The notes beneath the pieces were generated by a model. The model had not been told where the DNA came from and ran no database searches. It saw nothing but the letters and a program-made list of their open reading frames with translations. This document shows positions 25,111 through 36,394 of a stretch of DNA of 36,989 bases, piece by piece. Made by a program: the position numbers and the translations under genes. The stretch is from Conidiobolus incongruus B7586 (Eukaryota): assembly GCA_000697335.1 (NCBI GenBank), contig JNEM01013022.1, positions 1-36,989 of the forward strand, given 5' to 3'. The first letter of the stretch is position 1; every line of letters starts with the position of its first letter.

Positions 25111-26511
25111 TTAGCGCATGGTAACGAGTTCTTCGGAACTGGTAGGGTGAATGGCGACAGTGTTGTCGAAGTCGGCCTTGGTGGCACCCATCTTGACAGC
25201 GACTGAGAAACCTTGCAACATTTCATCAACACCTCTTCCGACAAGATGGACACCAACAACCTTTTCTTCGGGTCCAGCAACGACCATCTTGAAAATAGTG
25301 GGAGCTTTGTGGCTATCTGTCATGGCGTAGTACATGGCAGTGAATTTGGAACGGTAGACCTTGATTTGATCTTTGCCGTATTTTTCAATAGCTTCTTCCT
25401 CAGATAAACCAACAGATCCGGCAGGAGGATGAGAGAAAATAACGGTGGGGATGTTGGCGTATTCAAGTTTGCGATCTTGGAAGTGGGAAGGTCCGAATAG
25501 CCTGTCAGAAAGTCTTCTACCAGCAGCAATGGCAACTGGAGTCAATTGGAACTTACCGGTCACATCACCCAAGGAAAAGATGTGAGGAACGTTGGTAACT
25601 TGGTACTCATCTACGATGATGTCACCTTTGGAATCAACACGGACACCAGCCTTGTCGAGGTTGATGTTGGAAGTAAGAGATCTACGACCGACAGCCCACA
25701 AAACGGAGTCAACTTCGATGGTATGTTCACCTTCTTGTCCTTTGACAGTGTAAGTGAGCTCAATGGCACCAGAGGCAGTCTTTGATAACTTGGTAACAGC
25801 AGTGTTAGATTTGAAGTCAACGCCCAAAGTCTGCATTTCTTGTTTGACAGTATCACCAATAACAGAGTCGAAAGCTCTCAAAATATGTTCAGTACGAGTG
25901 AAAACAGTGGTTTGGGATCCTAAAGAGTGGAAAATACCAGCCAATTCGACACCAATATATCCAGAACCGACAACGGCAACTCTCTTAGGTTGTTCTTCAA
26001 GTTGGAAGAATCCATCACTGGAGATACCTAATTCGGCACCGGGAATGCTGGGAAAGATGGGTTCACCACCAACGGCAACTAAGATTTTTTGACCTTCAAG
26101 GTGATACTCAGTCTCACCCTTGACATGGACGGTGTTAGCATCAACAAAACTAGCGAAACCTCTAAACAATTCAACATTATCCTTTTCTAAGTTATTTTGA
26201 TAAATTCCATTTAATCTTTTGACGTAAGCATCTCTCTTAGCCTTAAATTTATTCCAATTAAAAGCGGGAAGGTTGTTCTTTTGTAAATCGAAACAATATT
26301 CTTCAGCTTCACCTAAAGTCTCCCTGACAGTGGCAGCATTTAACATAACCTTCTTGGGGACACAACCTACATTGACACATGTACCTCCAAGGGGACCAGC
26401 TTCGATAATGGCGACCTTAGCACCGTAGCTGGCGGCACGACGGGCTGAAGCTAAACCACCACTACCGGCACCAATAACGACATAATCGAATATTTTTTTG
26501 ATTGGGGACAT
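25111..26511 (-). CDS. GLR1: Glutathione reductase (NADPH)
   Basis: 466-aa ORF with the FAD-binding VIGAGSGG, redox-active [18 protein letters not shown]-binding [22 protein letters not shown] and C-terminal [14 protein letters not shown]. Confidence 0.96.
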   Translation of the reverse strand: MSPIKKIFDYVVIGAGSGGLASARRAASYGAKVAIIEAGPLGGTCVNVGCVPKKVMLNAATVRETLGEAEEYCFDLQKNNLPAFNWNKFKAKRDAYVKRLNGIYQNNLEKDNVELFRGFASFVDANTVHVKGETEYHLEGQKILVAVGGEPIFPSIPGAELGISSDGFFQLEEQPKRVAVVGSGYIGVELAGIFHSLGSQTTVFTRTEHILRAFDSVIGDTVKQEMQTLGVDFKSNTAVTKLSKTASGAIELTYTVKGQEGEHTIEVDSVLWAVGRRSLTSNINLDKAGVRVDSKGDIIVDEYQVTNVPHIFSLGDVTGKFQLTPVAIAAGRRLSDRLFGPSHFQDRKLEYANIPTVIFSHPPAGSVGLSEEEAIEKYGKDQIKVYRSKFTAMYYAMTDSHKAPTIFKMVVAGPEEKVVGVHLVGRGVDEMLQGFSVAVKMGATKADFDNTVAIHPTSSEELVTMR

Positions 26512-26561
26512 ACTATTTCAATTGATTTAATTTTTAATGATATTAGTAATCATACCCACTG

Positions 26562-26748
26562 TGATCAGTGTGAATATATAATTTTTATTTTTATATTTGA
26601 TATATGGGTTTTTGATCAAAGTTAATCACGCTATATAAATTAAAAGTTGACTTTTTGGATAATTGTTGAATGAGAGGATGATGTAAGTGATCAATTATTA
26701 ATAATCAAGGCTTAAGTTTTATAATCAGAAATAATAACCATCTGATCA
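26562..26748. promoter_or_regulatory. Cluster of four TGATCA palindromes upstream of GLR1
   Basis: TGATCA at 26562, 26613 (within TTTGATCAAA), 26688 and 26743, all within ~240 bp upstream of the ATG. Confidence 0.35.
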
Positions 26749-28058
26749 TCAATTCTCACATCAAATATCTCTATTTATTGATATTTTGTATCATTTATTT
26801 CAAAAATCACAAAAATCCATCGCTGAATTAAAGCTGAGTTCATTTATTTGGATGAAATTTTCTCTAATAGTGTTTTTGAGCGGGAATGATATATAATAGC
26901 GTAAAATAGAAATTTAATTCAATGATTTTAGAAAGAAAATCGTATAATTAGAGAATTAGGCAATATAATTATTGACACTAATATTGTAGTTCTATAATAT
27001 ACACCTATTATAAAAATTATTGATACTTTTAAATATATATAATGTAGAAATGTTAGAATATAACTGTTAAACCATTATCGATTATAGAGTTTATGGTATT
27101 AATTATAACATTCGCTTTACTATAAGTTTAGTAATTAAAAATATAAAATATATATTTTTATTTTTATGAAATTTCAAAAATTTATAAAATAATTCAAAGT
27201 TTTTTTTATCATTTAAATTTTAATTATTTTAACACATTAAAGCCAAAAAAGTAATTTTTCATTTCATATTTTATATTTATTTGTAAACAATAGTGCTATT
27301 TAATTAAAATCAAATCCAAAATACAGAAAACAATATATTTAGAGATATAAAAGATGATGTAATATTGATTTTTTTTTTCATTAATCAATATTATATATAT
27401 CTTTATTCAATATTTATAATCAAAAAAATTTAATATATTAATTTCCATATTTGGATATCAATTATTCACACCAGTTGATTAATTAATTTTTGATATTTTT
27501 AAAATTTAAAATAAAAATTATTAATAATTAAAAAAAATTTTTTTATAATAAAATCTAGAATTCTATAATACCAAGAATTAAGTTTAATTATTATTTTTAT
27601 TAAAAATATTAACAACATATAAAATCACTAAAGAATATAATATCAATTAAAATATTTTATTTGTTAGAAGCTTGTTTTTGTTTTAATATTGGAATATTAT
27701 TTAGAATTTGAGATAAGATTAAATTGATATGATAAATTATATTTCAAATTTTATTGGAAGAGTTATATCAATTGAAAGGATTTAATTATTTTAATTAACA
27801 TTTTGACGGAGTACAGAATCAAAAGTGATAATGTAATAATAGAGAAAAATAAAATAATAATCATTATTAAATAGAAGCATTGATGCTCATAAGATAATTG
27901 TTGAATCACAATTGAAATTTAGTTTCAAAATATATTATGTATTAGTCTATTTATTATAATGTCATTAAATAAGAAAAAAGGGTTAGTATCGGATAATAAA
28001 TAATAATATAGATTAGTGGTGAGTGAATAGTTAATACAAATTTAACTTGGAATCAAGT

Positions 28059-29543
28059 TTATAAGGTGGGAGCTCTTGAAGCAAAAGCAAAGATTAAACC
28101 AGATGTTAAGGCCGAAGCTGGTAATGTCAAGAACCAGGAGAAGAAACACCATCCAATCATTTTCCAGTTGACGGCCTTTAATGATCCGTTACAACATCCA
28201 ACACCAGCGGTGGCACCAGTAATACAGTGAGTAGTAGAAACTGGGACACCGAGCTTGGAAGCAGTCAATACAGTTAAGGAAGTACCCAATTCAATACTGA
28301 AACCACGGGAGGGAGATTGGAAAGTGATATTGGTACCCAAAGACCTCATGATATTGTAACCGTATGTAACTAAACCCAAGTCAATAGATAAACCACCGAA
28401 TACTAAAACCCACAAGGGAACAGAAGTCTTTCCGGAAATATCGACTTCTCCAGATTTCCATACATTGTAGACAACTGATAAGGGTCCAATAGCGTTGGCA
28501 ACATCGTTAGAGCCGTGAGCGAATGAAGCCATACAAGCGGTAATAACTTGTAAGAAAGAGTACATATATTCGGTATCTTTGTCGTATACTTGAGCGGAAT
28601 CGTGGACATTCTGAAGGTGTTGACTTTCAACCTTAGTAACATCGACATTCACACCATGGAAAATCTTCTTCTTAAGCTTACCAAAGAATCCAGGTTCTTT
28701 TTCTTCAACCTCAGTGTTTAAGACACCAGCTTCTTCAGATTTGTCAGCTCTCTTAGGTCTTTCACTCAAGAAAGGAGTAATGAAAACGTGATAGAATTTC
28801 AAATCTTCACCTCCCTTAACCTTTCTCTTGATCCAAGGGTTGAAGAAAATCCAGCACCAAATCATAATAACAACTGAAACAGCTAAGACGATTAAGATCA
28901 AATAGAGGATAGGGAGGTTACCGGGACCTTTACCATTCTTGAACAAAATGTAAAAGATATCAATGATAGCGGTGACACCGAAATAGAATGGAATGGCAAC
29001 CAAACCTCTCTTAAATGAGTTTTCGTGCTTTAAGACGGCGTATTTGGTGATCAAAAAGATCAATGAAGAAACTGCGGCAGAAATAACTGGAGAAGCGAAC
29101 CATGAGGTGACAATTTTACCAATACCGTCATATCCCCATTTGACACTTTGAAAACCAAATCCGGAAATACCAACACCAACGACGGCACCGACGATGGCAT
29201 GAGTAGTGGAGACGGGCCAGCCCAATCTTGTAGCAATCATAGTCCAAGTAGCTGATCCAATAAGAGCGCAGAACATAGCCAACATTAATAACTCAGGCTT
29301 GTTAGCAAACAATTTAACATCAATAATACCGTCTTTGAAAGTACTAGCAGTATCAGAACCTAGGAGATAAGCACCCAAGAATTCAGTGAAGACAGCAATA
29401 CCACAAGCTTGAGCGAGGGAGAGGGAACCGGAGGCGACGGAGGTGGAGAAGGAGTTGGATACATCGTTAGCACCAATACCGTAAGCATCGAAGAAGGCAG
29501 CAACTACGGTAATTCCAAACAACCAGGTGTATTGATCCAACAT
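28059..29543 (-). CDS. PHO89: PiT-family (PHO4 domain) Na+/phosphate symporter
   Basis: 494-aa ORF with both PiT signatures (GIGANDVSNSF and FAHGSNDVANAIGP) plus PVSTTHAIVG and PVSTTHCITG, and many transmembrane segments. Confidence 0.95.
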   Translation of the reverse strand: MLDQYTWLFGITVVAAFFDAYGIGANDVSNSFSTSVASGSLSLAQACGIAVFTEFLGAYLLGSDTASTFKDGIIDVKLFANKPELLMLAMFCALIGSATWTMIATRLGWPVSTTHAIVGAVVGVGISGFGFQSVKWGYDGIGKIVTSWFASPVISAAVSSLIFLITKYAVLKHENSFKRGLVAIPFYFGVTAIIDIFYILFKNGKGPGNLPILYLILIVLAVSVVIMIWCWIFFNPWIKRKVKGGEDLKFYHVFITPFLSERPKRADKSEEAGVLNTEVEEKEPGFFGKLKKKIFHGVNVDVTKVESQHLQNVHDSAQVYDKDTEYMYSFLQVITACMASFAHGSNDVANAIGPLSVVYNVWKSGEVDISGKTSVPLWVLVFGGLSIDLGLVTYGYNIMRSLGTNITFQSPSRGFSIELGTSLTVLTASKLGVPVSTTHCITGATAGVGCCNGSLKAVNWKMIGWCFFSWFLTLPASALTSGLIFAFASRAPTL

Positions 29544-29652
29544 CTTATTAATTAATAAAATATCTAAACCAATTTTGGTGATGGATACTAGAAATGCTAC
29601 CTGTGATATATATACTATTTTTCAATATTTTTGTTTATAAATAAAATGTCAC

Positions 29653-29943
29653 AGATAGTAATTTAATTATATAATTCCCTACATCAATTCACAGATTGAA
29701 TGGAGTCAGATAGTTGGTTTGTGACACCTATAACCAATTGACTATCTTCAAAATGTCAAGTATAATTAATTACACTATTATTGCCACTATTAATAGCGAG
29801 ATATTTTCAATTTATTAATCTATCAGTGACAATAGATAGTTGAGAGGAGTTAGCTAATAGTAAATTTATAATTAATTAAATGTATTTTGATTTTATTGAT
29901 TTATCTACCCTTTTGATTGCCTTGTCTTCTAAATCAACTATCT
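29653..29943. promoter_or_regulatory. Five copies of AGATAGT (three as AGATAGTTG) upstream of PHO89
   Basis: Plus strand at 29653, 29708 and 29834; minus strand at 29741-29747 and 29935-29943. Confidence 0.45.
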
Positions 29944-30350
29944 TAGATTTAATCCATAATTTAAAATTAGTCAATATATTATAGATTATTTGATAATAAT
30001 TAGGAGTTGTCTCATTTTGTAAATTTAATTAAATAGAGTTTTGAGTATGAGAATGGGGAATCGAATATTCCAACCATTGGTGCTTGATTTGTGGGGTATG
30101 ACCAGATGCAACTTGGATCTATTTTTGTAAGGGTTTGACTTCCATTTATTGGGATTGAGGTTGAATGTGTATTTGGGTTGATTTGGATTAAATTGGTATA
30201 GTTTATTTATAATATTTGTATATATCTATAACGTTAACAATTATAAGCTTAAATATTGTATTAACTACAATATTTAAATAATATTAATTATTAAATTTTT
30301 TATTTGTATAGTTTTTATAGCCGAAACAGAACAGTTATAATATTCCAATT

Positions 30351-30437
30351 CACGTTTAATTTCCAAGCCAACATATCCATTTAATTGCCATGTAAGCATA
30401 ATCCTAATCCAATGAATTTAGAATTAGATTACACGTG
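30351..30437. promoter_or_regulatory. Candidate Pho4/NUC-1-type bHLH sites (CACGTT, CACGTG) upstream of PHO89
   Basis: CACGTT at 30351-30356 and CACGTG at 30432-30437, ~810-890 bp upstream of the PHO89 ATG, in otherwise CpG-poor DNA. Confidence 0.45.
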
Positions 30438-31595
30438 TTTAGTCATTTTAATCAACCCACTTTCCTTTTTTTTCTTTCAATAATTTTAGATATCATCTTT
30501 TTTTTACTCTATTAAGGTTTTTAAATTTAAAATATCTTTATATTAATAGAGATTTATTTTTCAATATTTTTAATTTTATAATTAATATATAATTTAAAAA
30601 TTTAAAATAATTTAATATTTATAAAAATAAAATAATTTATTTTAATTATATATATATAAAATAATTGATTTTTTAAGAATTTATTATTCCCAAAAATAGT
30701 CAAAAAAAAGTAACATAATCAGTGATCAAGAAAATTCTCAATTGTGAGCAGATTAATTGAATAATCATACCAAATTCCATCTCTAATATAAAGCAAGTTT
30801 TACAACATAACAGGATGAATATAAAAATTCTAAAGTTATTAATGTAGTGTAAATTGTTACTTGTTATTTAAACTTTAATTCCCTTCTGACTACTTAAATT
30901 TTAAGAAATTCAAGATTAATATATCAATGATTTATATTTTTTCAGATGGGTAAATTGGAACTTGATTTATTAATAGATAAGACTGATATTTATATTTTAT
31001 ACATAGCTTGAATAAAGAATAAATCTTGAATAGATATCATTTATAAGATCAATTAATATTGGTTCAACAATTGGTGAATCAATAAAAAATTTAAATAGAC
31101 TATTTACAGATTAAACAAGTAATATTTCATGTCTGAATATTATTGATATCAAGTACCGTTTATAGCAGTATTTTTTTCTTATTCTGTAATTATAAACCAA
31201 TAATTGATTGCTAAATTCGCACCTTTATTAGTTTGATTAATTTGGGGTTCGATTTGCTCAATCACTTAGAAATAAATGGTGTAATAATTTTATGAATTAT
31301 TCTTACTATTAGACATCAAATTATATAGAATGAAATATACAAAGTGTTATAATATTTGAATTAAAAAGTTGAATTAACTGATATTAGTGTATACATGAAA
31401 AATCAAGGATTTAGTAAAATGATAGCAGATTTCACTACTGAATAATAATAATGTAATACTACTAAATCCATAAAACAAAATAAATAATATTTTAAGTTGA
31501 ATAGAAAAAATTCAAATTATAATAAAAATAATTAAATATAAAATTTCCATTTTATTGATTAAAATAATATTGCTTAGAAAAAGTTTCAAAATTTT

Positions 31596-33017
31596 TTAAT
31601 CGAATACACTACGACCCATTCTGGAGAGACCACAGTATATATTGTTGCCGGATTGCTTACAGAAAGTGCCGCCAGGACATGATTGCTTGAGCCAGGTGCC
31701 GTGAAGGCATACGAAATAATTCGAATTCTTGACACTATCACATTTGTATTGGTTGTCTTTGCAAGCTCCAGTGGGAACAGTTGGAGTGGTGGTGATAGTT
31801 GAAGTAGTAGGTGTGGTTGAAGAGTGGGTAGAGGTAGGAGGTACAGTAGTAACTGGGGGTGTGGTAGGATCAGGGATGCCATTACATGGACCAGTGTTAT
31901 GAACATTTTGGAGGGCTTTAAGGAGTAAGTTATTATAATCGTTATTCAATGCCCACAACATAGCACCACGATAGCCATTACATCTGATATACTCAGTCTT
32001 GTGAGCCAAAGAGAGAGGATCATCATAAGAAATGAAAGTCTTGGAGTTTTTGTTGAATAACCAAGGGGTCTTAGTAATTTTGTCAAATTTACGAATCCAG
32101 CCATTACCAGTGTTAGCTTCAAGAGGAGATGATAAAATATTATTGCTAAATAAACCATTATAGGCATAACTGGGAAGATTACTATTAGTAATAGTAGCAT
32201 ATTGACTATCACTTTGACTCATATCGGTTGAAACACCAAGGGCATATCCATAGAATGGAACACCAACAACTAATTTCTCCTTGGGGATGCCAGCCATATT
32301 CCAATCAGTGGTAGATTGTCTGACAGAGAATGGAGTGGCTTTACCAGGTTCATAATCCAATCCACCGATTGGACCAGTGACGCCGCTCCAAGGACCATTG
32401 ATATCATAAGCCATGATATTGATGAAGTCGAAGTATTGGGCAAATTGGGAGACATCTCTGAGAGGACCATTAGGGCCATCGAAAGGTTGAACACGGACAG
32501 CAGCAGTAATGAGGATATTACTTGGGAGAGCAGCCTTCAATTCTTTCAAAAAGAGCAAGTAATTAGCAGTATCTTGAGGAGATTTAATATTACCAGGAGC
32601 ACCATCTCTTGCAGGATATTCCCAATCGAAATCGACACCATCGAGTTGGAAATCTTTGACGAATTTAACAGTATTAGCAATGAAAGTGGCTCTGGCAGTG
32701 GGATTGGCTACCATTGGGGAAAAGTATTTGGATCCAGTCCATCCACCAATGGAGATCAAAATCTTGGTTCCAGTAGGCTTTGATTTTTGAACCAATTCTC
32801 TCAAAGACTGAGGTGAGTCAATTTTAAGCATCCAATCTTTGTCAGTGAAGAGAGCAAAAGCATAGTTGATATGAGTCAATAAATTCCAAGGGACTGCAGA
32901 GGTAGGATATTGACCAGCTGTCCAATCAGTCCAGTATCCGACAACTACTTGATTAGCTCCTGCTACAAAGGTGAATATGCTGATCAAACTAAAGATAAAT
33001 GAGATGAATTGGCGCAT
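31596..33017 (-). CDS. Secreted GH18 chitinase with Thr/Pro linker and C-terminal Cys-rich chitin-binding module (CBM19-like)
   Basis: Signal peptide MRQFISFIFSLISIFTFVAG, then THINYAF, SIGGW, catalytic DGVDFDWEYP, IMAYD and GAMLWA. A PT-rich linker leads to C-terminal CKDNQYKC...FVCLHGTWLKQSCPGGTFC. Confidence 0.95.
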   Translation of the reverse strand: MRQFISFIFSLISIFTFVAGANQVVVGYWTDWTAGQYPTSAVPWNLLTHINYAFALFTDKDWMLKIDSPQSLRELVQKSKPTGTKILISIGGWTGSKYFSPMVANPTARATFIANTVKFVKDFQLDGVDFDWEYPARDGAPGNIKSPQDTANYLLFLKELKAALPSNILITAAVRVQPFDGPNGPLRDVSQFAQYFDFINIMAYDINGPWSGVTGPIGGLDYEPGKATPFSVRQSTTDWNMAGIPKEKLVVGVPFYGYALGVSTDMSQSDSQYATITNSNLPSYAYNGLFSNNILSSPLEANTGNGWIRKFDKITKTPWLFNKNSKTFISYDDPLSLAHKTEYIRCNGYRGAMLWALNNDYNNLLLKALQNVHNTGPCNGIPDPTTPPVTTVPPTSTHSSTTPTTSTITTTPTVPTGACKDNQYKCDSVKNSNYFVCLHGTWLKQSCPGGTFCKQSGNNIYCGLSRMGRSVFD

Positions 33018-36000
33018 TTTGATTATTAGTATTTTTTAGCACCATGAATGATAGTATTTTATAATACCAGTGAACCATATTTATATTCAACTTCAATTTC
33101 CGATTATTAAACTATCAGTAAAGTAATTCTTTCAAATTTGATATAAAATAAGAAGTAATTGAATATTCTGTTTGTTTACCGTGCTAAATTAGTAATATTA
33201 AAATTTATGTTCTTAATGATTGATTTAATTTACCTTAATCTAGACTATCTTTTATCAACTTAAATCATTATAATTAAATGCTAATTTAAGTCAATATACA
33301 AGTTGCATGGTAGACTTGAGTGTATATAGCAAAAATGAAGCGTTAGAAAAGAGTCATGAGTTGAAATTTAACCATGTGGAATTCCTAAAATGAATAATCA
33401 AATTAAAGTATTTTAGTTGATTGCATATTATATTAAAATTTCAATTAATTTTTAAAATGGTTTTGATAATATCTATTTAATTAATTTTATTATAAACTAA
33501 ATTTATTTTGAGTCAATAATTATGAATCATGTTCTTTGTAAAACGTGAATTTAAGTATTGTATATTGGCTAATTATTTGGATGACAAAAATTCAAATTAT
33601 TCTTTACAAAGTAATATAATTCGCTTTTGATGACTAAATGTTAAAAGAATGTTTTTGTACTGTATTCTATTAAACCGAAGTAATGTTGGTTATATTATAA
33701 GAAATGTTCTTTAACATATACTTTCTCATAAAGCCATATGCAAATATTATAAACTTTCATAAATTCTTGCTTATTGAACTAGATTTAAGATTAAATTTAT
33801 GAAATTAATTAAATGATAAGATAATAAAACCTTATTCATAAAAGATACAAGGAAATTGTAATTAATTTAAATCAAATTTTTAGTTCTATCATTATGCATC
33901 TAACAAATATTATAAAATAACCTTTTTAAGTAGTATTTTAAAGATGATTGCAGATTTCATTTAAGTACATTAAATCAATAATAAGATAAATTAAATAGTT
34001 GATCACTTAGTATTATTAAACAATTAGAAATAATTAGTCTTTACCAATGATTTATAAGAAATTTGATAGAGATGTAACTAAAGGTTTTAACTAATTAAAC
34101 ATTATTAAAAATATACATACTATTAAGATATATATTGTTTCATTTGAATATTTAATAAGCTTATTAATGTTTAGATCATTTATTCTTAGGATGTCTTCAG
34201 GTATTTTGGAAGTAAAAGTTTAGACAGGTTAATAAAATCATTAAAAATACCCTGTTATTCTATCATTTTAATGAATTAAAACAATATGGAAAACTATACT
34301 AATATGTTATGATACAATAAGAATTAATTATTGATATTAAAAAAATAGTTAAATGCATGATTACATTTTAACCTGAAATAGCTGGATCGATTGAGAATGT
34401 TTAATTTTCTTTTATTTCAATAGAATTTATTTGGAATTTAAAATCCTAGATCAAAAGTCGAGACTAATTTTCTTTATTTTAGAAGCAAGAATAATATTTC
34501 CTTATAATAAAGTTACATCCATGCTTATCAAAACTTATAAATACAATCTGTCCTAAAATAGATATTATATTATGAAATATTCAATTCTACTATTTATTAC
34601 ACCTTGTCCATAAGAAAGTATGAATCAATTATTTTGAAATAATAGAATAAAAACAAATTCTCACCTTATTCAAAAATTTAATATTAAAATATGTTAGAAT
34701 ATTAAATTGTGATTCTTCAAAAACATCATTTGAATATATCCAAATTCCAATTAAAATTATCAATATTAGAAAAATACAGTTATTTATAATATATTTGAAG
34801 TTTTGTTCAATAATTCAATAATTGGAGTAGTATTATCGCATTTTTATAGATCTCTGGTTAAAACTGGATATCATGATAAAACCAGTAATAGAATTGTGAT
34901 GAATTATATGTCTTATTAGTAATCGAACTTAAATAATAACATCATCTAATATAATAAAAACTATTACATATGCTCAAAACACAATTTAGACTTTATTCAT
35001 TATCTTAAAATGTTCAAAATGGGCAATTGCATTCATATTATCAGCTTATATATAAAAGATCATTTTTATTTCGGTTTAATAATAGTGACTAAGATGATTA
35101 AATAATAACAATCAAATTTAAATAATTTATACCTTGAACTAAAAATTTAATATCACATTATTATAATTAATTATTTAAAATTATTCCTTGTACAATTATT
35201 TTTAAACTTCATAAACTTTTGACTTGGTTTATTTGGGCCAACCATTTTCTAATTTCAATATTTAATCAGAATAAAATCAACATATAATATAATTTTTTAA
35301 TAACACTACCGTAAAATAATATAATATTGGCTAAATTATATAAATTGACTCTATAAAACTCATAATCATAACAATCAAAAAAAGTTAAACACTAGTGATT
35401 TTTGTTATGTTTAACTGGATTTAAGTTATATTGTTCACTATCATCCATTAATAATATCATTTAAAATTATATATTAGAGCTTGTTTTTTACAATGCCTTC
35501 AGAATATAAAATTTATTTACATTGTTAATAATAATTCTAATTAGAGAATGTATTTAAATTAATATTCATTTTCAAAACTACTTAACTATTTTGTAGACAA
35601 ATGGTAATTGAATATCAAAAAAAGTTTGAATTATATTTATAATTAATTGGCTATTTTATGAGTAGTTAGATATAAAATTACCAACTAATTGATATTATAA
35701 ATTTACATAGTAAATATGTATATTTGAATCTATTAAAGTATATTTACGTTATAATTAATTTGATAGATGACAGCTATAAATGTGGAAGGAAATAGACTTT
35801 TTGAGCTTAAACAGGAAATCGTCAGTTGTAAAGGATTGATTAGCGCAAAGTTAGAAAAAATTAAAGGGTTTCATCAAATAATGTGGAAATGGCTTATCTT
35901 AAATGGGATTCCTCGAATAAAGTAAGTATCTCACACTCCTCAAGACTCAATATTTTTAGTAAATATTACGAGAAAACTTAGAAAAGGATGCTTTTGGAAT

Positions 36001-36208
36001 GAAGACAATTATTTGACGTTTAATAGTTTACTCATGATAACCTTGTATTAAATACTGTTTTTGTTTTTATGGATGGGAAATTCACTTGCTGAAAGTGACA
36101 GAATCAATCAGTTTATGAAATGAGCGTTCCAATGTGATCTCTTGACCCAATGTGGTAACTGTAATTCCGTAAGAGATTAACAAGGTTATTCCCTATCACG
36201 TACCATGT

Positions 36209-36394
36209 TATATATATATATATATATTTTAATTATTGGTCAAAATTTCTTTAAATTTTACGCTCTAAATTGATAATCAGTTTGGTTGAAGAGTAATGAC
36301 CAATTTTTAAACTGCTATATATTTGTATTAAATGAATATGCTAAAATTTCGAAATTTATATAATAGTTAATTATATATATATATATATATATAT
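36209..36394. repeat. Two (TA)n microsatellites (36209-36226 and 36372-36394)
   Basis: Directly visible TA dinucleotide runs. Confidence 0.85.

Noticed and set aside
26543..26549. TTAGTAA Yap1-type element near GLR1
   Set aside because: It is only ~35 bp from the ATG, probably within the transcript, and this AT-rich 7-mer occurs repeatedly elsewhere in the window.
25041..32783. Small ORFs overlapping GLR1, PHO89 and the chitinase (e.g. 25754..26092+, 32316..32783+)
   Set aside because: They are alternative-frame or antisense ORFs expected from the codon bias of the real genes, with no recognisable motifs.
33509..33515. Single TGAGTCA (Gcn4/AP-1) site upstream of the chitinase
   Set aside because: One copy without supporting context cannot be distinguished from chance.
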